A DNA stretch of 64,000 bases from Trueperaceae bacterium (GCA_035703635.1 DASSXV010000007.1:1-64000); one strand, 5' to 3'; positions 40,468-49,660 are shown, numbered from the stretch's first letter. Program-made: numbers and translations. Notes: generated from the sequence alone by a model not told the origin.

Positions 40468-40833
40468 TCAACCGCCCTCGAGCGTCAAGCGTCCTAGCTC
40501 GACTAGCCGCGTGCGTCTCGGCGTGGTGGCAGTGGGTGGCGCAGCGCGGCGCGGCCCGCGCAGGTGCGCGCGGCGCGTAGACACAGGTACCGGGGGTAGC
40601 AGGAGCAGTAGGCCGAGCGCTGGCGCCGGTAACCTGGCGCCGCTCTCGACCATGATGAGCACGCGGCCGCCCATGGCGCCCTCCGCGCCGGCCGGGTGAG
40701 CGGCGACGCGTGGCGGCTGGGCGTGCAAGGGGAGGAGAGTGAGCGCGAGCGCTAGCGCGAGCGGCCACCGGCGTGGTCCTCGCCCCTCGCCGGTGCGCGC
40801 GCGCAAGAAGGCCCCCTTGCCCCGCCGTGACAT
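40468..40833 (-). CDS. 121-aa secDF upstream ORF with signal peptide; candidate translocon-monitoring arrest peptide
   Basis: ATG overlaps the infB stop (TGATG); RRWPLALALALTLLPLHA|Q signal; Pro/Arg-rich tail ending ELGRLTLEGG*; fills most of the infB-secDF gap. Confidence 0.7.
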   Translation of the reverse strand: MSRRGKGAFLRARTGEGRGPRRWPLALALALTLLPLHAQPPRVAAHPAGAEGAMGGRVLIMVESGARLPAPALGLLLLLPPVPVSTRRAHLRGPRRAAPPTATTPRRTRLVELGRLTLEGG

Positions 40834-42662
40834 CAGACTGCCGGGACCTCGACCATCTCGTACGCCTCGATGATGTCGCCCTCTTGGACGTTGTCGTAGT
40901 TCTGGAGGCTGATACCGCACTCGTAACCCGTGCCGACCTCGCGGACGTCGTCCTTGAAGCGCCGCAGGCCGGAGATGCTGCCCTTGTAGACTTCCTTGCC
41001 AGCGCGCGTGATGCGCGCCTTGGCTCCACGACGCATGCTGCCGTCCGTGACGTACGAACCGGCGATGTTGCCGCTGCGCGGCACGCGGATGACCTGGCGG
41101 ACCTCTGCGTGGCCGAGGATGCGCTCCTCGAACTCTGGTTCGATCTGGCCGCGCACCATGCGCTCCACGTCCTCGACGAGTTCGTAGATGATCTTGTAGC
41201 TCTTTACGGGGATCCCGAGGCGCTCGGCGGCCTTGAGGACGCTCGCTGGGGCCGTGACACCGAACGAGAGCACGGACGCGTTGGCGGTGCTGGCGAGAAG
41301 CAGGTCGGAGTCGGTTGGAGCGCCGACTTCGGCGAGCATGATCTCGATATCTACTTCCTCTGTCGCCTCTGACTCCTTCTGCAGCACGCCCTTCAGCGCC
41401 TCGAGGGTGCCTTGGGTGTCTGCGCGCAGGAGGATGTTGATGGTCTTCTTGGTCGGCTTGCCGAAGAGGTCGGCAAGCGTGATGCCCTTGCGGCCGATCG
41501 ACTCGCGCTCGTGGTCGAGGCGCGCTTCCTTGCGTTCGGCCGTGAGGGCCTTCGCGGCGACTTCGTTGGTCACTACCTCGACTGTGTCACCGGCGTGCGG
41601 TTGCTCGGAGAAGCCAAGGAGCTGCACCGGCGTGGCAGGGAGGGCGTGTGCGATGGTGGCGCCCGTGTAATCGGTCAAGCGGCGGACCTTGGCCCACTGC
41701 TCGCCGGAGACGACGTAATCGGTGACCTTGAGGTCGCCTTCCTGCACGAGGACCGTGACGAGCACGCCCGCGCGCTTGTCGAGCACGGACTCGATGATGA
41801 CGCCCGTTGCTGGCCCCGTGTCGCGGGCGCGCAGGTCCTCGACCTCTGCGACGAGGGAGAGCATCTCTAGCAGGTCGTCGATGCCTTGGCCGGTGCGGGC
41901 ACTTAGTTCGACCATGATGGTGTCGCCGCCGTATTCCTCGGCGATCAAGCCGGACTGCATGAGGTCCTGTTTGACCTTGTCCGGGTTGGCTTGGGCGAGG
42001 TCGATCTTGTTGATCGCCACCACGATCGGCACGCCTGCCGCCTTGGCGTGGGCGATGGCCTCACGCGTCTGGGGCATGACGGAGTCGTCGGCCGCCACGA
42101 CGATGACCGCGATGTCAGTCGCGTTCGCGCCGCGCTGGCGGATGGTCGTGAAGGCCTCGTGGCCCGGAGTGTCGAGGAACGTGACGACGCCGCTCGGCGT
42201 TTGGGCCTGATAGGCGCCGATGTGCTGCGTGATGCCGCCGGCCTCGCGCTCGGCCACGCGCGACTTGCGGATGGCGTCCAGCAGGGAGGTCTTGCCGTGG
42301 TCGACGTGGCCCATGACGGTGACGACGGGCGCGCGGCGGGGGAGGGGCTCGGCGCTAGCCGCAGCGGCCGTGGGCGCTGCCTTCGTGGTCTTGCCGCTCG
42401 TCTTGGCGAGGGCGGCCTTTTCGTCTGCGCTCAGCTTGGCGGCAGCGGGCGCGGCGGCTTCGGTTGGCGCCTCGGCTGCGGCGGGGGCCGCCGTGTCGCC
42501 GCTAGCGCTCACGAGCTGGCGGACGGTCTCCGCGGTTTCTGCGTCTAGGGTGCTGGAGTGCGACTTGTACTCCACCCCGATCTCGTCCAGGACGGCGAGG
42601 AGATCCTTGTTCTCCACGCCGAGGTCCCTGGCTAGTTGATAGATCCTTACTTTCTCAGACAT
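40833..42662 (-). CDS. infB: Translation initiation factor IF-2 (short form)
   Basis: [57 protein letters not shown]. Confidence 0.98.
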   Translation of the reverse strand: MSEKVRIYQLARDLGVENKDLLAVLDEIGVEYKSHSSTLDAETAETVRQLVSASGDTAAPAAAEAPTEAAAPAAAKLSADEKAALAKTSGKTTKAAPTAAAASAEPLPRRAPVVTVMGHVDHGKTSLLDAIRKSRVAEREAGGITQHIGAYQAQTPSGVVTFLDTPGHEAFTTIRQRGANATDIAVIVVAADDSVMPQTREAIAHAKAAGVPIVVAINKIDLAQANPDKVKQDLMQSGLIAEEYGGDTIMVELSARTGQGIDDLLEMLSLVAEVEDLRARDTGPATGVIIESVLDKRAGVLVTVLVQEGDLKVTDYVVSGEQWAKVRRLTDYTGATIAHALPATPVQLLGFSEQPHAGDTVEVVTNEVAAKALTAERKEARLDHERESIGRKGITLADLFGKPTKKTINILLRADTQGTLEALKGVLQKESEATEEVDIEIMLAEVGAPTDSDLLLASTANASVLSFGVTAPASVLKAAERLGIPVKSYKIIYELVEDVERMVRGQIEPEFEERILGHAEVRQVIRVPRSGNIAGSYVTDGSMRRGAKARITRAGKEVYKGSISGLRRFKDDVREVGTGYECGISLQNYDNVQEGDIIEAYEMVEVPAV

Positions 42663-42971
42663 TCAAGCCTCCGAGGCGGGGTTCCCCGCTGCGCCTTGGG
42701 CGGCTGGGGAAGCGTGGGCGAGCGCCGCGTCAAGCTGCGCTCTCACCTCTTGCGCGTGGCCTTTGAAGGCTTGGCGCAAGCGTTTCTCGTTAGGGTTGGC
42801 TGCGCAACTGGCGCATAGCCAGGTGCCGCGGCCACCCAACTTACGTGCGAGGTCGAGGCGGTAACCGTCAGGTAGCTGCGCAAAGCGCACGAGTTGCGCC
42901 TGCGGCATGGCCGTGCGACAGCTGGCGCAGCGGCGCAGTGGAACGTGACGGGTACGCGTCTCGGCCGTCAT
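42663..42971 (-). CDS. YlxR/DUF448-family RNA-binding protein
   Basis: HVPLRRCASCR...LVRF...GRGTWLC..C; between nusA and infB. Confidence 0.9.
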   Translation of the reverse strand: MTAETRTRHVPLRRCASCRTAMPQAQLVRFAQLPDGYRLDLARKLGGRGTWLCASCAANPNEKRLRQAFKGHAQEVRAQLDAALAHASPAAQGAAGNPASEA

Positions 42972-42979
42972 CGGAAGGC

Positions 42980-44185
42980 TTAGTCCTCGCCTTCTTCGGT
43001 TTTAGTCTCGTCGCTAGCCGCGGCGCTATCCGGCTCGCTAGGCGCGGTTGCCTGCTCCGAGAAGAGGGCGTCGAAGGCGGAGTGCGTGCGTTCAGGTTGC
43101 AGTTGATCGCCAACGCGAGAGGCGGCGGCCTGGAAGGCGGCGTCGAAGTCGGACACGGACTCGGTGCCCTGCAAGTCGATCTTGTAGCCCGTCAACTTGG
43201 CGGCCAGGCGGACGTTCTGCCCCGACTTGCCGATGGCGAGCGAGAGCTGGTCGGAGCCGACCGTTACCTTAGCCGACTTGGCCTCGGTATCCAGCTCGAT
43301 GTTGCCGACCTTGGCTGGCGAGAGCGCGTTGCGGATGAACTCGCGCGGGTTGCTGTCCCACTGGATGATGTCGACGCGTTCGCGCTGCAGTTCGGCGGTC
43401 ACGGCCTGGATGCGGCTGCCGCGGTGACCGATGCAGGCGCCGATCGGGTCGACGTTCGGGTTATTCGAGCTAACGGCCACCTTGGAGCGCTGGCCTGCCT
43501 CACGAGCGATGGCCTTCAACTCGACGGTGCCATCCGCGACCTCAGGAATCTCTTGGCGCATGAGGTACTCGAGCAGCTCGGGGGCGGCTCGCGAGACGTG
43601 GATGGACGGGCCGCGCGGGCTGAGCTCCACGTTCTGTACGTAGACCTTGAGGCGCATGCCGACCATGTAGCGCTCGCCTTGGATCTGCTCCTTGGCTGGC
43701 ATGATGGCCTCGCCGCGGCCCAAGTCGACGAACACGTTGCGCTTGTTGTCCGTGCGCGCAACGACGCCGGTCATTATGTCGCCGGCCCTGTCCTTGTACT
43801 CCTCGTACACGTACTCGCGTTCAGCTTCGCGGATCTTCTGCGTGATGACCTGCTTGGTCGTCTGCACCGCGATGCGCGTGAACTTCTCTGGGTCGACGGG
43901 GAACTCCATCTCCATCCCCACCTCGACCTCGTCATCCAAGTCGAGAGCGTCCGCTAAGGCGATCTCCTTGGCGGCGTCCTCGATGGTCTCGACCACGCGG
44001 CGGATGATCATGATGTCCATCTCGCCAGACTCTGGGTCCAGGTCGACTTCGATCTGATGCCCCGGCATCACGTTGCGTTCGAACGCTTGGCTGAGCGCAT
44101 CTTCAAGGCTATTGAGCAACTGCTCCTTGTCGAGGTTGCGTTCTGCTGCCAAGAGGTTTAGCGCGTCGACGAACTCTTTGTTCAT
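42980..44185 (-). CDS. nusA: Transcription factor NusA
   Basis: RIAVQTTKQVITQKIREAER, AREAGQRSK, DPIGACIG, LSLAIGKSGQNVRLA. Confidence 0.98.
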   Translation of the reverse strand: MNKEFVDALNLLAAERNLDKEQLLNSLEDALSQAFERNVMPGHQIEVDLDPESGEMDIMIIRRVVETIEDAAKEIALADALDLDDEVEVGMEMEFPVDPEKFTRIAVQTTKQVITQKIREAEREYVYEEYKDRAGDIMTGVVARTDNKRNVFVDLGRGEAIMPAKEQIQGERYMVGMRLKVYVQNVELSPRGPSIHVSRAAPELLEYLMRQEIPEVADGTVELKAIAREAGQRSKVAVSSNNPNVDPIGACIGHRGSRIQAVTAELQRERVDIIQWDSNPREFIRNALSPAKVGNIELDTEAKSAKVTVGSDQLSLAIGKSGQNVRLAAKLTGYKIDLQGTESVSDFDAAFQAAASRVGDQLQPERTHSAFDALFSEQATAPSEPDSAAASDETKTEEGED

Positions 44186-44302
44186 CTGTCCTTCTCCTTA
44201 ACTATTCGGTTGTGGCCGCGCGGCTTAGTGCCACGCAGCGGGCCCGCGCACTGAAGCGCGGGTTAAGACGCCGTTGTACCGCGATACCGATCCGCGGCTG
44301 GC

Positions 44303-44746
44303 TCAGCGCGGCGTATCAGGCCATTCGGCCAGTCGCGCCAGCTCCATCTGAGCCACGTTCACTACGCGCTCGGTGCCGCCAACGTCGATGGTGACCTCGT
44401 CACCGTTGACGCGCTTGATGCGGCCCTTGAACGTCTCGCCCGCCACCCGAAACTTGGCCTGGAGGTCGTGGAAGCGCTCGAAGTGGCGCGGTGTCAGCAG
44501 GGGTCTTTCTGCCCCTGGCGACTCGACGTCTAGGCGGTAACCGGTGGGAAAGGGGTCTATGCGGTCGAGTTCGAGGCCGAAGACCGTTGAGGCCTTGGCG
44601 ACGTCGTCGATGCCGACGATGCCCTCGTCGAGGCGGTCGATGCGCAGCAAGATTCGACGCGAGCGCCCGGAAGTGCTTACAGTGACTTCGAGCACTTCGA
44701 ACCCGAGGGGGCTCAGCACCTCGGTGGCTGCCTGCGTCAAGTCCAT
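44303..44746 (-). CDS. rimP: Ribosome maturation factor RimP
   Basis: LRIDR, YRLDVESPGAERPL...HFERF; SD GGAGGT before ATG 44746. Confidence 0.94.
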   Translation of the reverse strand: MDLTQAATEVLSPLGFEVLEVTVSTSGRSRRILLRIDRLDEGIVGIDDVAKASTVFGLELDRIDPFPTGYRLDVESPGAERPLLTPRHFERFHDLQAKFRVAGETFKGRIKRVNGDEVTIDVGGTERVVNVAQMELARLAEWPDTPR

Positions 44747-44776
44747 GCTACCTCCCGCGTAGCGACGAGCCCAACG

Positions 44777-44836
44777 AAAAGGCGGTGGGCCAGAACCCAT
44801 CCGCCGGTCCCGCCGGGTTGTCCACCCACAATCTTA
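44777..44836 (-). promoter_or_regulatory. rimP promoter (-10 TAAGAT) and leader hairpin with a short U-tract
   Basis: TAAGAT at 44831-44836; GGCGGATGGG-TTCTGG-CCCACCGCC-TTTT at 44777-44805. Confidence 0.6.
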
Positions 44837-44995
44837 CCGCTCCAGTGGGGGTTGCCGCAACCAGCGAGCGGGTCGGCGGCACCCACCACGCCGGCTGCAG
44901 CGGTGACGGCGCCCAGCATCGTGGGCCGTTAGCACCGCGGGGCGGAACGCCCGGCCGTTACTGCCAGCTACGCGCGATGTCAGTACAATCTGCCC

Positions 44996-45502
44996 GTGAC
45001 CAGCAAGCGCCACTCACCTCTCCCTGAGCCGAACGCACTAGAGCCAACCTCGGGCGGTTTCACCGAGGCGCTGCGCGCCAGCCCCGCCCTCGCCGACCTG
45101 GCTGCTCAACTGCTAAGCGCGCTCTTCCCTGACAAGCGCTTCGCGACGGCGCACGAGGGCAGGTGGCTAGTGTTCAGTGCGCGCCCAGCGCTGGCGCTCG
45201 CCGAATCGCGGCGGCTCCTCGGGCACCTGCACGACCTCGTCGACCTGCCGCAGTGGCGCAGAGAGTACGCCGTGGCGCGCGAAGTGACCGACGTGAAGGG
45301 GCGCCGGCTCGAAGTGCAGGTACCTTTGACGCCGCAGGCGTACGACGGTGGCGAGGCCCTCGTCGGGCCGTTCCCTGACCAGGCCGCGGCGCAAGAGTGG
45401 TACGGGAGCGTGCAACAGCGCGGGCTCGCTGCCGACACCGTCCAGGTGGCGGACGCTTGGCTTTGCGACCTCTTCGTGCTCGGTGAGCTGCTTGACGACT
45501 GA
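44996..45502 (+). CDS. Hypothetical protein (leaderless)
   Basis: 168-aa ORF with globular composition; TACAAT lies 6 nt before the GTG. Confidence 0.75.
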   Translation: MTSKRHSPLPEPNALEPTSGGFTEALRASPALADLAAQLLSALFPDKRFATAHEGRWLVFSARPALALAESRRLLGHLHDLVDLPQWRREYAVAREVTDVKGRRLEVQVPLTPQAYDGGEALVGPFPDQAAAQEWYGSVQQRGLAADTVQVADAWLCDLFVLGELLDD

Positions 45503-45508
45503 CGCGCG

Positions 45509-45538
45509 TTGACATGCCTCGCGTGAGCAACTTACACT
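45509..45538 (+). promoter_or_regulatory. Sigma70-type promoter of the pheST leader
   Basis: TTGACA-18 nt-TACACT. Confidence 0.75.
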
Positions 45539-45545
45539 CGCACCC

Positions 45546-45584
45546 ATGAGAAGCCCGCTGGCTTCGCAACCGTTTACTCGTTGA
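45546..45584 (+). CDS. Putative pheST leader peptide MRSPLASQPFTR
   Basis: ATG 7 nt after the -10 box; one Phe (TTT) codon; followed by alternative stems and a terminator. Confidence 0.5.
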   Translation: MRSPLASQPFTR

Positions 45585-45616
45585 GCGCGGCGCCGGAGCG
45601 GGCCTGCGCAGTTCAT

Positions 45617-45645
45617 CCACTGCCCGGACCGGGTGGTGGTTTTTT
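45617..45645 (+). terminator. Attenuator terminator in the pheST leader
   Basis: CCACTGCCCG-GAC-CGGGTGGTGG followed by TTTTTT, between the promoter and the pheS start. Confidence 0.75.
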
Positions 45646-45693
45646 CGTTGAGGCTGGCAGTTGGCAGGGCAGTAGAGAGGGTGAGTTGGCACC

Positions 45694-46737
45694 ATGACAG
45701 AGTTAGGCGGCGAACGTTCAAGCGACCCGCGAGTCGACGAGATCACGACCGAGGTCGAGGCGTGGCTGGAGAGCATCACCGGGGTAGGGTCGTTCACCTC
45801 GCTGCAGGACCTGCGTGTGCGCCTACTCGGCAAGAAGGGCGAGATCACCCAGCGCCTCAAGGCGCTCGCGTCACTTGAACCAGAGGAACGCCGCGCGGTG
45901 GGCGGACGCTGGAACGAAGTGAAGGCGCGCCTCACGGAGGCCATCGATGCCCGCAAGGCCGCACTCGAGCAGCAGGCGCTAGCCGCGCAGCTGGCGGTAG
46001 AGCAGGTCGACGTCACGCTGCCTGGCACGCGTCCGCCGCAGGGTGGCCTGCACATCCTCACCCTCGTCACCAACCGCCTGCTCGACGTGTTCAAGGGCCT
46101 CGGTTACGAAGTCGTCACCGGCCCGGAGCTCGAGACCGACCACTACAACTTCGCTGCCCTCAACTTCCCGCCCGACCACCCGGCGCGCGACACGCAAGAC
46201 ACGTTCTGGACGACCGACGGCCGCCTGCTGCGCACGCACACGAGCCCCATGCAAGTCAGGTACATGGAGACGCACAAGCCGCCGTTCAAGGTCGTGGTGC
46301 CAGGCAAGGTGTTCCGCAACGAAGCGCAAGACGTCACGCACGAAGCGCAGTTCCACCAGCTAGAAGCCCTGGTGGTCGGCGAACGCGTGACCATGGCCGA
46401 TCTGCGCGGCGCCATCAACGAGATGGCAGAAGCCCTGATCGGGCCGGGAACACGCACGCGCTTGCAGCCAAGCTACTTCCCGTTCGTCGAGCCCGGCGCG
46501 GAGTTCGCCATCTGGTGGACAAACCCGCGCAGCGGGCGCGAAGAGTGGCTCGAGCTAGGCGGTTGCGGCATGGTGCACCCCAAGGTCTTCGAGGCGGCAG
46601 GCTACTCGGGCGTTACGGGCTTCGCGTTCGGCTTCGGCATCGAGCGCCTTGCGCTCGTGCCTTACGCCATTCCCGACATCCGTTACATGTACCAAGGCGA
46701 CCTGCGCATCCTCGAGCAGTTCAGGGGCACCCTGTGA
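45694..46737 (+). CDS. pheS: Phenylalanine-tRNA ligase alpha subunit
   Basis: HPARDTQDTF, LRTHTSPMQ, FHQLE, YFPFVEP, GCGMVHP, FGFGIER. Confidence 0.98.
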   Translation: MTELGGERSSDPRVDEITTEVEAWLESITGVGSFTSLQDLRVRLLGKKGEITQRLKALASLEPEERRAVGGRWNEVKARLTEAIDARKAALEQQALAAQLAVEQVDVTLPGTRPPQGGLHILTLVTNRLLDVFKGLGYEVVTGPELETDHYNFAALNFPPDHPARDTQDTFWTTDGRLLRTHTSPMQVRYMETHKPPFKVVVPGKVFRNEAQDVTHEAQFHQLEALVVGERVTMADLRGAINEMAEALIGPGTRTRLQPSYFPFVEPGAEFAIWWTNPRSGREEWLELGGCGMVHPKVFEAAGYSGVTGFAFGFGIERLALVPYAIPDIRYMYQGDLRILEQFRGTL

Positions 46738-49079
46738 AGGTCCCGTACTCGTGGCTGCAGTCGTTCTTCGACCGCCAACTGCCTGACGTCGAGCGCCTCG
46801 TCGAACTACTCGACGGACTGGGCCTCGCGGTGGAGGACGTGGCGGAGGCGCCGGCGGCGCCGCGAGACGTCGTGGTCGTCGACGTCATCAAGGTGGAGCC
46901 GGTGCCTGGCGCCACGAGCGCGCTCTCTCAGACCATCGTGTCTGACGGCACGCGCGAGCACCTGGTCGTGTGCGGCGACCCGAACATCAGGCAAGGCATG
47001 CGCACGGCGCTGGCGTTGCCTGGCGCTTACCTCCCCGCGGTCGACCTGCAGGTGAAGGCGCGCGAGCTCGTCGGGGTGCAGAGCAACGGCATGCTCGCGA
47101 GCGCGAAGGAGCTCGGACTTTACGAGCACGGAGCGGGCGTGATCGCCCTCGGGCGCGACGCTGCTCTCGGCGCGGAGCTAGCCTCACTGTGGCCCTCGGA
47201 GTCCGTCATCGAGGTGGAGCTGACGCCGAACCGCGCGGACGCCTTCAGCATCCTGGGCGTGGCGCGCGACGTCGGCGCCAAGCTGGGCTACTCGTACCGC
47301 CACCCCGCCAGCGGCCTGCCTGCAGGCGACCCGGACCTCGACGACGGCCTCACCCTCGACGTGCAGGACCTAGGGGCGGCGCCGCGCTTCACGCTGAGGC
47401 GCGTCGACGGCGTTGCGGTGGCTCCGAGCCCTGTGTGGCTGCAGCGCCGCCTAGGCCAGTTGGGCCTGCGCCCGCGCAACAACATCGTCGACGCCACTAA
47501 CTACGTGACCTTCGAGCTCGGGCAGCCGACGCACGCTTACGACTTCGGCGCAATTCCTCAAGGTCACGTGATCGTCAGGTGGGCCCACGCGGGTGAGCGC
47601 CTCAAGGTCCTGAACGACGAGACCATCGAGATGACCGCCAGTGACCTCGTCATCGCCACGACGGCGAACGGCGTGGACGTGCCGCTCGGGCTCGCGGGCG
47701 TGATGGGCGGCGCCAACGGCGGCGTGACGAGCGCCACTACCGCGGTCGCCCTGGAGACGGCGTGCTTCGAGCACGTCACGGTGCGGCGCTCCGGTCAACG
47801 CCATAAGCTCGTGACCGACGCACGCACACGCTTCGAGCGCGGTGTCGACCCGAACTTGCAGGAACTCGCATCGGCGCGGCTTACTGCGTTAGTCGTCGAG
47901 GTCGCTGGCGGCTCGCCGCATGCTGGGCTAACGGCGGTGGGGAAGAGCAGCGTGCGCCAGCCTGTCGATTACCGGCCGACGCGCGTGCACTACCTGATGG
48001 ACTTCGACGTGCCGCGCTCCGTGCAGCGCGGCTACCTAGGGGCGCTCGGCTGCAAGGTCGTCGAACGCGAGCTCGACGACTGGCGAGTCACGCCGCCGAG
48101 CTGGCGCTACGACATCAACATCGAAGAGGACGTGATCGAGGAAGTAGCGCGCCTGCACGGTTACGAGCACATCGGCCTGACCGACCCGGACATGCGCTTC
48201 GTGCCGCCGGAGTCCGACCCGACCCACCGCAAGCTCCGTGAGCGCCTCGCGGCCCTCGGGCTGCAAGAGGCGATGACCTACGTGTTCACCGGCGCCAGCG
48301 AGTTGGCGCGCGCGGGGGCGCCAGCGCCGGTGGTGGAGCTGAGCGCGCCACAGGGTGTGGAGAAGGGCGTGCTGCGCACGGCCATCTACCCCGGACTGCT
48401 GGCCGCTGCGGCCGCTAACCGCCAGGCCGAGGCGCTGGCGTTCTTCGAGATCGGCCACGTGTTCGGGCAGGAGGAAGAGGAGCGCGTTGCGCTGCTACTA
48501 CGAGGTCAACGCGAACTCGGCAAGTGGCGCCCAGGGTTGCCCGGGGACTTCTTCACCCTCAAGGGCATCCTCGAGAGCCTCGCGGGGTTGGAGGGCGCCA
48601 AGCTCGAGACCCTGCCAGCGCGGCAGCCGTACCTCCACCCTGGTGTCTCAGCCAAGGTCGTGTGGAACGGCGAGGACGTTGGGTTCGCTGGTCAACTGCA
48701 CCCCGAGGTGGCCGCCGCGTTCGGACTGCCGGACACGTTCGTCGCAGAGCTCAACCTGCCGCTAGTCGGCACGCGCATCGCCTTCAAGGACATCGTGCGC
48801 CAACCGTACGCCGAGAGAGACCTTGCCATCGTGGCGCCGATCGCCGTTACTTTCGCCGACCTCGCCGGCCTGTTGAGCGCCGCCGCTGGCGAGAAGCTCT
48901 TCACGCTCTCACCGTTCGACGAGTACCGCGGCGACAAGCTGCCTGCCGGCACGCGCTCTTTGGCGCTCAGGTTCCGCTTCCGCGACGCTAACCGCGCCCT
49001 CACTGACGAGGCGGTAGATGAGCTTATGGAGAATGTCATCCGGGCCGTAAGGGGTGCGGGCTACGATATCCGAACATGA
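46734..49079 (+). CDS. pheT: Phenylalanine-tRNA ligase beta subunit
   Basis: GTG 46734: MKVPYSWL, LTPNRADAFS, RFERGVD, EEVARLHGY, ERDLAI. Confidence 0.97.
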   Translation: MKVPYSWLQSFFDRQLPDVERLVELLDGLGLAVEDVAEAPAAPRDVVVVDVIKVEPVPGATSALSQTIVSDGTREHLVVCGDPNIRQGMRTALALPGAYLPAVDLQVKARELVGVQSNGMLASAKELGLYEHGAGVIALGRDAALGAELASLWPSESVIEVELTPNRADAFSILGVARDVGAKLGYSYRHPASGLPAGDPDLDDGLTLDVQDLGAAPRFTLRRVDGVAVAPSPVWLQRRLGQLGLRPRNNIVDATNYVTFELGQPTHAYDFGAIPQGHVIVRWAHAGERLKVLNDETIEMTASDLVIATTANGVDVPLGLAGVMGGANGGVTSATTAVALETACFEHVTVRRSGQRHKLVTDARTRFERGVDPNLQELASARLTALVVEVAGGSPHAGLTAVGKSSVRQPVDYRPTRVHYLMDFDVPRSVQRGYLGALGCKVVERELDDWRVTPPSWRYDINIEEDVIEEVARLHGYEHIGLTDPDMRFVPPESDPTHRKLRERLAALGLQEAMTYVFTGASELARAGAPAPVVELSAPQGVEKGVLRTAIYPGLLAAAAANRQAEALAFFEIGHVFGQEEEERVALLLRGQRELGKWRPGLPGDFFTLKGILESLAGLEGAKLETLPARQPYLHPGVSAKVVWNGEDVGFAGQLHPEVAAAFGLPDTFVAELNLPLVGTRIAFKDIVRQPYAERDLAIVAPIAVTFADLAGLLSAAAGEKLFTLSPFDEYRGDKLPAGTRSLALRFRFRDANRALTDEAVDELMENVIRAVRGAGYDIRT

Positions 49080-49630
49080 CCCCAGTCACTTGGTTGGACG
49101 CCCTGTTGGTGCTGATGGTCGCCATCCTGACGGCCCTCGGCGCCTCCAGGCGCCTCGTTGGCTTCACCGTCGGTATCGGGGCCGCGCTGCTGTTACGGCC
49201 GCTGCTCGTCGTCGGGTCGCGTGACCTGTGGGTGGCCATCGTTGCCGCGGTGCTCGGTGCCTTCCTCCTCGCCGTCATAGGTCAGCGGCTCGTGCCTGCC
49301 AGCCACCGGCAGGGCCGCGTGACTCAAGTTTTGGGCGGTCTCGGTGGTGCGACTTTGGGCATCCTGCTGCTACTCGCCCTCGTCACCGCCCTACCTATCC
49401 AACGCAACCCCGCTAACGAGAACGAGGTCTTCTACCCGCCGCGCACGGCGCCTGGCACGCTGGCCGTCACGCTCAACCGGTCACCGCTGGTTGCCGTCGG
49501 TCGCGCTATCCTGCTTCATCCGTTACTACCTGCCCCAACCCCAGCCGAAAAGCAAGCCACTAACCTCTGGCGCACTTACGGCGCGTTGCACGGCTGGTTG
49601 GTGGTCGGTGAGCCGTGGAGTGAGAGGTGA
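49076..49630 (+). CDS. Membrane protein, CvpA-like
   Basis: WLDALLV..., LGGLGGATLG; about four TM segments; ATGA overlap with pheT. Confidence 0.6.
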   Translation: MTPVTWLDALLVLMVAILTALGASRRLVGFTVGIGAALLLRPLLVVGSRDLWVAIVAAVLGAFLLAVIGQRLVPASHRQGRVTQVLGGLGGATLGILLLLALVTALPIQRNPANENEVFYPPRTAPGTLAVTLNRSPLVAVGRAILLHPLLPAPTPAEKQATNLWRTYGALHGWLVVGEPWSER

Positions 49631-49660
49631 TGCCAGGGAACGTTGTTTAGGACGCCGAGG

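Noticed and set aside
45674-45696. TGGCACC resembling the T-box antiterminator bulge before pheS
   Set aside because: Lies downstream of the terminator and overlaps the SD/start region; no full GGGTGGNACCGCG and no stem I motifs
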